Virus record (IMG/VR): IMGVR_UViG_3300042890_006166
Location: 62,670 to 126,669 of that record
Length of the DNA: 64,000 bases
Origin: a virus
Strand: one strand, 5' to 3'
The notes under the pieces were generated by a model. That model was not told the DNA's origin. It searched no databases and worked only from the letters and a program-made list of their open reading frames with translations. Below are positions 18,405-26,330 of this stretch, piece by piece. A program made the position numbers and the translations under genes. The number at the start of each line of letters is the position of its first letter. Within the stretch, counting starts at the first letter, position 1.

Positions 18405-18406
18405 GC

Positions 18407-21232
18407 ATGTCAATAATTCCTAAGTGTTTAACTGATGATCAGATTGATAATTTCGTAAATAATGTTAATAAAACATCTGACGAAATTTTAGGTGAAAGTA
18501 AATTTAAAATTCCCAACCCGGCATTACCTGGCCTTGGCTTATTGGTTAAGTTACAAATCAAAATTTTTGAAAAATCTATTTTGGTGAATTTTCTTCCAAT
18601 TATAAAAGGGAAACAAATTTTAACAGAAGCTTTCACTAAATTGAGAGTTTTAAAATTCATCAGGGAAAGGACTGAAGAAGTTGCAGAATTGTTACGAAAT
18701 CCAATACAAACACTTTTAAACCAAGCGGTAAATATTCCTTTAGCACAAGATTTTCCGTTTCCAGTTGCCTTGCTTTTTGGAATTAGAACTTCTAGTGGAG
18801 ATATACAGAATCTAATAAGTGACATAAACACAGTAGGTAACGATGTTCAATCTGTTAATACATTGTTAAACTACAAAATAGAATTTGATTCTATTTTGGA
18901 TCCACCCCCAGGATTGATCACCTCTCCTGATAGATCACCAGATAATCTTCAACAAATGAAAGTTAATTTCACGAGTGAATCTGGCGAAAGGGATTCTCCT
19001 TTGTTATTTCTAAAACCTGGTGATTATTTTTCACTTGATTTTGAAAACTTTACCAATACATATCAAGTTTCAGAAATTGAAATACAAACTAATTTCATCC
19101 AATTATTTTTTCAGCTTCAGGCAACTTCTTCTCCTTCTTTCGTATCACAACAAGAAAAAGTTTTCGTTCCTGGATTCTCCTCCGTTTCTCTCAGAATTTC
19201 TAGAAAAATTTCATTAAGACAATTCCTGAATGAACAGGGAAAATTAATAATTCCTCTTACGGCATTTGGTATTAGTTTACCTATATCCTTAGAATTGGGA
19301 AATTTCGATAGATTGAGCGAAACGAATCCAACTTACAAATTTGTTAAGAAATTAGAGGCGGAAACCAATTTGGATTTCTCAAAAGTTCTTAGTGATATGA
19401 TCGATGGAATTTTCCCAGTTATCGATTGGGAAGAAATACAAAAGGATCCCAGATTTAGAAGTTCACAAGAGGACTCCAAGTTAGAAATGATAAACCTGGC
19501 TCGTTTAATCCAAATCGGAACGGATAATCCTTTGTTTATGATTCGAATGATTTTGAATTATCTGAAGTTACTGTTGCTACCAATAGAGGTCGTTGTTTCT
19601 GTATTTAAAACAATACTTTCTCAAATAAGTAACCCAATTTCTTTAATCAGAATTATTTTTCTAATTATTTCTAATCCTTTGAGATTTTTATGTGACATTA
19701 TTTCAGATGCTTTTTTGAAATTCCTGAGGGTATATTTAGAACCTCCTTTAGCTCCTTTGATTCAGTGGAATGAGCTAGTTCAAGATCCTGTTGATAGAGG
19801 AAGAGGTTTAAAACCTTTGTTTTCTGATTTGATTTGTGGAAGATTTAAAAACAAGTTGGCAAATTACAATCCAGATTCTAATTTTTTCGTTCAAGAATCA
19901 GCCAAATTAAAAATCCCACCAGGAGAAAATCCAATTGTTCAATTAAGTTATAATTTGACACAGAATCCCATTCCAGATCTAGGAGAAGTAAGTTTGCAAT
20001 CACCAATCTTAAGTCAAAATACATCGATGAGATTTAGCACAATTACTGACACTGTCGAAAACGGTCTTGCCTATTTGACTTCCCTAGGGATTGGTGACAC
20101 CTTTTATCTTAGCTCTAATGGCCAATTTCAAAATTTTAGGGTTTCAGGAAAAAATCTAATTGAAAATAACAACCAAACTTATTTTGAATATTTAGTACAA
20201 CCGGTGAATGTAACCGAAGTTTATGCCACCCAAGAAAATCAACAGCTCCAATCCGCCTTCAACGGTATTGTTTCGGATCAATTTAAAGCATCAATCAGTG
20301 TAAACAATCCAAATAAAACTTTTTTGTTTATTTTAGAGCGTTACTTGCCAATGAAGGCCATAGCCGCCTGGGAAAGCATAAAGGGAATTTTTTCTATTAC
20401 AGTGGCTCTTGCCTCCGAAATACCTTCTCTTATTCCTTTATGTTTTAAATGTATATTTTCTGGAAATAGAAATACTCAACAAACCCCATCTTCTCTGACA
20501 CAAGAGGGTTCTTCGGATTTTCTTCAAGGTTTTATTTCTTCTTTGGACATTGAATTAGACCCAGATAGAAGAAATTTTGGTGAGTATAAATCCGGGGAAG
20601 GAAGAGAAGCCTCAGAAGAATTCTTTCGGGAAATTCAATTAAAAGAAATTAATCCAGGAAGTCCAGGAGGGTCTGAAAAAACACCCAACACGGAAGGGGG
20701 AATTCAAGAAGTGTTTTTGGATTTACAAAAAGCAAGGCAAGCAGAGGGAAAATCAACTCGTGTTTACAGATCAAATCTTCCTGTCGAATTTCAATCTAAT
20801 TTCAGATGGGATTCTTTAACACTGAACCAAATAGGAGAAAATCTGAAAGTTTTGTCTAGAGTTGCATATGAGCTTTCCTTTAGGGCTACAAGTAGTAGTC
20901 AAGAAAACTCAAATACTATCATAGATTTCTTAGCTAGTCTAAATCCTCTTACTTCTATTGCAAATGATATCAGAAATGAAAGTCAAAATGAATTGGTAAA
21001 CAAATCTATTCCTATTACAGTTTGGGCTTTAACGGAGAACGGCGAAAGCGAATTCAAGATAATTAACAATGGACCACTGTACCAATCCTTTTTGGATTAT
21101 TCTTTTTTTACAAAATACGATCCAGAAATTGAAACCACGGAATTTAGATTTAAAGCTAGTCAAGTGAGATACTATGTTAATTTTAATTTCAGATTTGCTA
21201 AAGATATTTTGCTTCCTGCTTTGAGAGACTAG
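18407..21232 (+). CDS. large putative virion protein with hydrophobic helices and a duplicated beta-domain
   Basis: 941-aa ORF directly after the spike gene; function not recognised. Confidence 0.7.
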   Translation: MSIIPKCLTDDQIDNFVNNVNKTSDEILGESKFKIPNPALPGLGLLVKLQIKIFEKSILVNFLPIIKGKQILTEAFTKLRVLKFIRERTEEVAELLRNPIQTLLNQAVNIPLAQDFPFPVALLFGIRTSSGDIQNLISDINTVGNDVQSVNTLLNYKIEFDSILDPPPGLITSPDRSPDNLQQMKVNFTSESGERDSPLLFLKPGDYFSLDFENFTNTYQVSEIEIQTNFIQLFFQLQATSSPSFVSQQEKVFVPGFSSVSLRISRKISLRQFLNEQGKLIIPLTAFGISLPISLELGNFDRLSETNPTYKFVKKLEAETNLDFSKVLSDMIDGIFPVIDWEEIQKDPRFRSSQEDSKLEMINLARLIQIGTDNPLFMIRMILNYLKLLLLPIEVVVSVFKTILSQISNPISLIRIIFLIISNPLRFLCDIISDAFLKFLRVYLEPPLAPLIQWNELVQDPVDRGRGLKPLFSDLICGRFKNKLANYNPDSNFFVQESAKLKIPPGENPIVQLSYNLTQNPIPDLGEVSLQSPILSQNTSMRFSTITDTVENGLAYLTSLGIGDTFYLSSNGQFQNFRVSGKNLIENNNQTYFEYLVQPVNVTEVYATQENQQLQSAFNGIVSDQFKASISVNNPNKTFLFILERYLPMKAIAAWESIKGIFSITVALASEIPSLIPLCFKCIFSGNRNTQQTPSSLTQEGSSDFLQGFISSLDIELDPDRRNFGEYKSGEGREASEEFFREIQLKEINPGSPGGSEKTPNTEGGIQEVFLDLQKARQAEGKSTRVYRSNLPVEFQSNFRWDSLTLNQIGENLKVLSRVAYELSFRATSSSQENSNTIIDFLASLNPLTSIANDIRNESQNELVNKSIPITVWALTENGESEFKIINNGPLYQSFLDYSFFTKYDPEIETTEFRFKASQVRYYVNFNFRFAKDILLPALRD

Positions 21233-21253
21233 CATACAATCGAAGTTTGAATC

Positions 21254-21293
21254 TTGGTTTTAAAAAGATATATAGATGGTCTTTTTAAACCAA
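21254..21293 (+). promoter_or_regulatory. 14-bp RNA hairpin containing the late promoter GATATATA (21267-21274), upstream of the S1 gene
   Basis: TTGGTTTTAAAAAGA (21254-21268) pairs with TCTTTTTAAACCAA (21280-21293) with one bulged T; ends 5 nt before ATG 21299. Confidence 0.7.
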
Positions 21294-21298
21294 AAAAA

Positions 21299-22462
21299 AT
21301 GAAATCATCCAAAAAAATTTTAGTAGAAACTTCTAGTTTCAACTGGGACATTCCCAACAACTTCACGGTAAATCCAAAATTTAAAACCGCCGAGAAGACC
21401 AAAGTTTACTGTCATGAAAGTTATGCTTTGGAATTGTACAATCTGATGACCGGCAGCATGAGCGGGTTTAGAACTTCAAAGGATTTGTCCGCTGGGGGTT
21501 CATATTCGTGTGTTATTTCGGCTTCTGATTCCACCCACGCCTTAGCACAAACAGAGTCTGGGCAAACCATCTATATCGACCTTAAAAAAGAGTCCAAAGA
21601 TGCTGCCAGATTGGGCCTGATGGATGCCATCAACTTTGAAGTGGGCTCGGAAATTCAAGCAGCCGTTCGTCAAATCGCCGGCACCTATTATGGTTCTGTC
21701 GTAGATTGTTACATTCAAAATTTAAAGGCAGAATTTTTCGACCAAATCAAAAAGCAAACCTTAGCATATGAGGCAAGGGTAAAATCCATCAACAAAGGGG
21801 GTTATCTGGTAGATGTCAATGGAGTTGAGTGTTTTCTTCCTGGATCTCTGGCAGCAGCCAACAAGATCACAGATTTCGACTCCTACATTGGCAAGAGATT
21901 TTATGTTATGATCGATGGTTATGTTGCTGCTAAAGACATCTTTGTTGTTTCTTACAAGAAGTATTTACACAAAATCATGGATCACAAGATCCAAGAATTG
22001 GATATGACCAAAAAATACAAGGGTCACGTCACCGGAACTTCCGCCTTTGGTGTATTTGTTGAATGGGAAGAGATTTTCACTGGATTGATTCATAAAACAG
22101 AATTTGAAAATCAGGTCATCGAAGGTTTCAATCCAGGCGATGAGATCGAATTTTACATTAAAGAAATTAAGGACGACAACCGTCTGACTTTGACCTTCGG
22201 GGAACCTCTAGAGAAAAATAAATGGATGTACGAATTGAAGAAAAATGTAGAAGACGGCACCTCAGAACCCATGGATGCCATCGTTAAACACAAAAGAAAA
22301 AATGGTGCCTTAATTGAAATTGGAGACTCTGGCCAGCTTGCTCTTGTTCCACAGGAAAAACTGGGCAAGAATTCCAAAAATCTCCAGGCAGGAGATACCA
22401 TTCGGGTTCAGGTCTATCAGGTAGATCCATTGGCCGGAAAAATATACGCTAGTCAGGTCTAA
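21299..22462 (+). CDS. rpsA: ribosomal protein S1 (bS1) homologue / multi-S1-domain RNA-binding protein
   Basis: S1 OB-fold repeats 'ARVKSINKGGYLVDVNGVECFLPGS', 'GHVTGTSAFGVFVEW...GLIHKTE' and 'AIVKHKRKNGALIEIG...ALVP', plus a degenerate N-terminal copy. ATG 21299 preferred over TTG 21254. Confidence 0.85.
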   Translation: MKSSKKILVETSSFNWDIPNNFTVNPKFKTAEKTKVYCHESYALELYNLMTGSMSGFRTSKDLSAGGSYSCVISASDSTHALAQTESGQTIYIDLKKESKDAARLGLMDAINFEVGSEIQAAVRQIAGTYYGSVVDCYIQNLKAEFFDQIKKQTLAYEARVKSINKGGYLVDVNGVECFLPGSLAAANKITDFDSYIGKRFYVMIDGYVAAKDIFVVSYKKYLHKIMDHKIQELDMTKKYKGHVTGTSAFGVFVEWEEIFTGLIHKTEFENQVIEGFNPGDEIEFYIKEIKDDNRLTLTFGEPLEKNKWMYELKKNVEDGTSEPMDAIVKHKRKNGALIEIGDSGQLALVPQEKLGKNSKNLQAGDTIRVQVYQVDPLAGKIYASQV

Positions 22463-23853
22463 TGAATTCACACTTCGACAAATATCAGGCCCTTTCATCA
22501 TCCGTTCTAGGATTCGAATTTGAATTCTTTTCCGAGATGGTGAGAGGCCGAATTGTCGAATCTCTTTCTAAGCTGCTTGGAAAAAAGGTTATTTTGTCCG
22601 ACAAATATCATTCTAAAATTCCAGTCAGCGCCGATAGTTTCAAGCTAGAACCAGACTATTCCGGAGGAAGCAAAATGAACGAGCTAATCACTGGACCCAT
22701 GTCATATGGAGAAGCCATTCCGGTTTTAATCAAAGTTTTAAAATGGATTGAAGCCAATGGTTGGACCACGGATCGGTGTGCTTTTCAATTTTCTATTTCT
22801 TTCGATCCTCACGACAGAAAATTAGAAAAAATGGAACGTTTGGATCGTATGAAATTTATTTTAGGAATTGATGAAGGTATAGTTTATTCGTCATTTGGAA
22901 ACCGAACCAATAATGTGTATGCCAAATCTCTAAAGAAGATCGTACCAGTCAACAAATTTTCAATTTTAGAAAACATCACCACGATCGATCCAAAGTTGTT
23001 TAAGTTGCCTGGAGAGAAATATTATGGAGCAAATTTTACCAAATTACAAGATGGATATGTTGAGATACGCTATCTTGGAGGAAAGGACTACCAAAAGAAA
23101 ATTAATCCTATTTTAGAAGTTACGGATTATGTTACTTTGTTGTTACATGATATCCTATCTGGCAAAAAGGTCTACGGAAAAGAGGACGTCCAAAAATTAC
23201 AGGAGATGATGAGACAGCACACGAAGGTCGTGAGAAGTTTTTCAAATCCTGATTCATTCTTCATGAACTATCCAGATTTTCACGTGTTGGTTGATTTGAA
23301 AGGTTACGAAGAAAATATTAAAACTTATTGGTCACACATTAGGGAAAAAATATTTGATCTAATTGTTGAAGGTGGTATACAGGCTTGTTTTTTCAATTAT
23401 GATACTTCCATTGGTAGATTCCAAATCAAAGATGCCAAAAGCAAAAATGGATTGATTTTAAGGGATGTTGACATTTTTGACAGCATAGTTAAAAACGGAA
23501 AATTAGAGAACTGTAATTTATATGGAACACAGGTAAAAAATTCTGAGATTTATGACTGTAAACTAGTTTTTGGCAACAAGCTCTACGACAGCAAATTTCA
23601 AAATTCCATAGCAGACTATGGAAATTTGCTTGAGAACTGTTACATCGATTGTCCACAGCAGATGGTAGATTGTGAAGTCAAAGGTGGAGTATTGAGAAAG
23701 GCGGATTTAGGAAGGAACTCACTTATTTCCGAACAAACCGAGAAGGTCAAAGATTTCAACGAAATCCGTACCACACGTTTTATTTCAGATTCAAGGTTGA
23801 AAAATTTGAACGACCCAATCGCCAAGATCAAATTTAAAAATATCAATTACTAA
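22462..23853 (+). CDS. putative amidoligase (glutamine-synthetase-like COOH-NH2 ligase) with C-terminal beta-solenoid
   Basis: 'GFEFEF', 'LEPDYSGG', 'ELITGP', 'TDRCAFQFSISF', 'KYYGANF' and 'EIRYLGG' follow the Amidoligase_2 motif order; C-terminal ~5-residue repeats (LENCNLY, VKNSEIYDC, LENCYID). Confidence 0.65.
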   Translation: MNSHFDKYQALSSSVLGFEFEFFSEMVRGRIVESLSKLLGKKVILSDKYHSKIPVSADSFKLEPDYSGGSKMNELITGPMSYGEAIPVLIKVLKWIEANGWTTDRCAFQFSISFDPHDRKLEKMERLDRMKFILGIDEGIVYSSFGNRTNNVYAKSLKKIVPVNKFSILENITTIDPKLFKLPGEKYYGANFTKLQDGYVEIRYLGGKDYQKKINPILEVTDYVTLLLHDILSGKKVYGKEDVQKLQEMMRQHTKVVRSFSNPDSFFMNYPDFHVLVDLKGYEENIKTYWSHIREKIFDLIVEGGIQACFFNYDTSIGRFQIKDAKSKNGLILRDVDIFDSIVKNGKLENCNLYGTQVKNSEIYDCKLVFGNKLYDSKFQNSIADYGNLLENCYIDCPQQMVDCEVKGGVLRKADLGRNSLISEQTEKVKDFNEIRTTRFISDSRLKNLNDPIAKIKFKNINY

Positions 23854-23854
23854 C

Positions 23855-24640
23855 ATGACACTAGAAGAATTGATTCAGGAAATAAAAGATGATTTATCTG
23901 CCAGTTGTGCTTTGCCTTACAATTTGAACGACCAGGAAATCATTAGGATTATCACAAGGGCGAAGGCATGGATGTACGACAACTACCAGTACGCTGTGGA
24001 AAAAAGATATTTTGTTTTAGGTGGAGCTTTTTTCCAAACCCCACAGTTTAGAAACACCCGACAAGTTCAACTCCCAGATAAAATTGTGACAGTCTTCGAT
24101 GTCAGGGAAACCAACGGAAACGGGATTTCTGGCAACCCTGATAAGGACTTTGGAGATTCAAAATTGATTGGATCTGAACTTCTATTGTCTCCTTTTACTG
24201 GAGATAACCTTGTGTACAGAACCGTTATGTATTCTTATTTTGATTTGGCCAAGGCCTATCTTTTGCCTACTTATGCCTTTAGCTGGAACAAAAACACAAA
24301 GAAGCTTACAATTTTGGGTAGGGACCCAACTCCCCCCATTAGGTCATCTTCCCCTCAAAGTAATGCTAGCGGTTACAATCTGACCCAATCTGTTGTTGTA
24401 AGTTGTTTTGTAGCAATTGAAGATTATGAATTGTATAACGACGAATTATTCATCAGATATTGTTTTGCCAAGGCTAAACAATCTTTGGTTAAGGTTCTTA
24501 GCGCTTTCGATTACAACCTTCCAGGAGGAGTTAGAGTTAACACCTCAACTTTAAGTCAAGAGGCTTCTGCAGAGTTACAAGAGGTAATGAACATGATAAA
24601 TGGCGAGAACACCCCATCTTATTTTCTCCAGTGGAATTGA
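23855..24640 (+). CDS. gp13: neck protein, T4 gp13-like
   Basis: 'LEELIQEIKDDL...NLNDQEIIRIITRA' N-terminus and 'LPGGVRVN...L.QEA..EL' C-terminus as in gp13. Confidence 0.7.
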   Translation: MTLEELIQEIKDDLSASCALPYNLNDQEIIRIITRAKAWMYDNYQYAVEKRYFVLGGAFFQTPQFRNTRQVQLPDKIVTVFDVRETNGNGISGNPDKDFGDSKLIGSELLLSPFTGDNLVYRTVMYSYFDLAKAYLLPTYAFSWNKNTKKLTILGRDPTPPIRSSSPQSNASGYNLTQSVVVSCFVAIEDYELYNDELFIRYCFAKAKQSLVKVLSAFDYNLPGGVRVNTSTLSQEASAELQEVMNMINGENTPSYFLQWN

Positions 24641-24652
24641 AAAATATACACC

Positions 24653-24686
24653 AAATTGATATATATGTCAAATATTTTATCAATTT
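24653..24686 (+). promoter_or_regulatory. 9-bp hairpin overlapping the late promoter GATATATA (24658-24665), upstream of the endonuclease
   Basis: AAATTGATA (24653-24661) / TATCAATTT (24678-24686) is a perfect inverted repeat ending 6 nt before ATG 24693. Confidence 0.6.
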
Positions 24687-24692
24687 TTTTGT

Positions 24693-25898
24693 ATGGAAAT
24701 TCTTCAAAAAATCGAATCTTGGAGGGGCAAGCCTGGACAAGCTTTTGGCTCTTATCTTTTTTTAATAAAGACCAATCCCATTTATGTCTCCGATTTGGAA
24801 TCGTTGACTAGTTTTTTAGATTCACATTATCACAAGGAATCCATTTCTATCCAACAGAGATTTTATCACGTTTGGTTCGATTTCTATGAAATCGAAACTT
24901 GTTTTCATTGTGGATCCCCTAGAAAATTTGCTAACATACCGAAGTTTTCTATAGATCGTTATGGAGAAAAACCAACTAACCCTGTGAATTACTACAAAAC
25001 ATGTATGTTAGAAAATTGTTTAAAGAAACACAACAAAATTTCGACCTCACAAAGTTTGTTAAAAAAATATGGGACTAGCAATCCTATGTTAGTACCTGGA
25101 GCGATGGATAAATTGAAAGAAAGCAACAGAAAAAAATATGGAACTGAATTTTTCACTTCTACGGAAGAATTCAAATCGAAAACTAAAAAAACTTTTCAAA
25201 AAAAATATGGGAGGCATCCAACAAGTTTGAAAGAAACACAAGACAAAAAAAGAAAAACAAATTTGGAAAAGTATGGATATGAGAATGCCTTGGATAATCC
25301 GGAAATTAAACAAAAATCGAAAGACACAAACAAACAAAAATATGGGGGGAATTCGAGTATGTGTTCAAACGAGATAAAAGAAAAATCGAAAGAAACTAAC
25401 CGTAAAAAACATGGTGTTGATTGGTATGTTCAAAGTGATGAATTTAAAATTAAATTCAAAGAGACTATGATGGAAAAATATGGGGTTGAGCAGGTGATGC
25501 ACTACACACCTTCTTTTGAAAAATCTCTGGATACATCTTACAAGAAAAAATTATTTGTATTTCCTTTTGGTAGAATCGAGAAAATTCAAGGATATGAATG
25601 TTTTGCCTTGAATGAATTGATTAGCTCAGATTATTTAGAGGAAGATATTATCGTCAACAACAAAGAAATTGAAAAATATACTGGAAAAATTTGGTACTTG
25701 GATTCTGAACAAAAAAAGAGAAAATACTACCCCGATATTTATTTGAAATCTGAAAATAAAATAATTGAAGTGAAATCTGATTATACGTACGATGCTGGAT
25801 ATACTATAAACATCAGAAAGAAAAAAGCCTGTATCAATCTTGGATTTTTATTCGAATTTTGGATTTATGACGAAAAGGGCAACAAAAAAATAAAGTAG
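24693..25898 (+). mobile_element. free-standing putative homing endonuclease gene (KKYG helical repeats + C-terminal PD-(D/E)XK nuclease)
   Basis: CxxC...CxxxC N-terminus, seven ~23-aa '[KE]KYG...' repeats, and 'YYPDIY...IIEVKS' nuclease motif; inserted between gp13 and gp25. Confidence 0.7.
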
Positions 25899-25927
25899 CA
25901 TATTTTTTTGCCTTCTTTTTTCCGCCA

Positions 25928-25935
25928 GATATATA
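25928..25935 (+). promoter_or_regulatory. putative phage late promoter GATATATA
   Basis: Exact motif 19 nt before the gp25 ATG, followed by a GGGAAA-GCAA-TTTCCC hairpin. Confidence 0.6.
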
Positions 25936-25954
25936 AAGGGAAAGCAATTTCCCG

Positions 25955-26326
25955 ATGATAGAAATTTACAACAGAGACCCAGGAGATCCTCAATACAAAT
26001 CCGATGTTTTAGAAACTACGGACCCGATCGAAATTTGTATCGGTCAGCTCAAAATGTTGTTGCTGACAATTAAGGGAGAGGTTCTTGGAGATCCTTCATT
26101 TGGACTTAGTTTAGAGGAATTGGTTTTCAGCCAAGAGCTCTCTCAGAAATCCCTCACTGATGAAATTGGTCGTCAAATTAAAAATTATGTTCCAATTTTC
26201 TATCAGCTTAACGGTTATTTCAATGTTGAATTTTATGCCGGAACTCAGAGGGATATTGCGTATCTAAATTTTTTTATTCCGAGTTACGGAGGTAAAAGTC
26301 CTCTGGTCTCCCTGAAAGTAACTTAA
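25955..26326 (+). CDS. gp25: baseplate wedge subunit, gp25-like
   Basis: 'IGQLKMLLLTIKGEVLGDPSFG' GPW_gp25 motif; 123 aa; precedes a gp6-like gene. Confidence 0.85.
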   Translation: MIEIYNRDPGDPQYKSDVLETTDPIEICIGQLKMLLLTIKGEVLGDPSFGLSLEELVFSQELSQKSLTDEIGRQIKNYVPIFYQLNGYFNVEFYAGTQRDIAYLNFFIPSYGGKSPLVSLKVT

Positions 26327-26330
26327 TTAT

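Noticed and set aside
24693-25898. Giant eukaryotic virus (NCLDV) origin, suggested by the KKYG-repeat nuclease, collagen and AsnB
   Set aside because: A contractile-tail gene set and a ribosomal S1 homologue point to a tailed bacteriophage.
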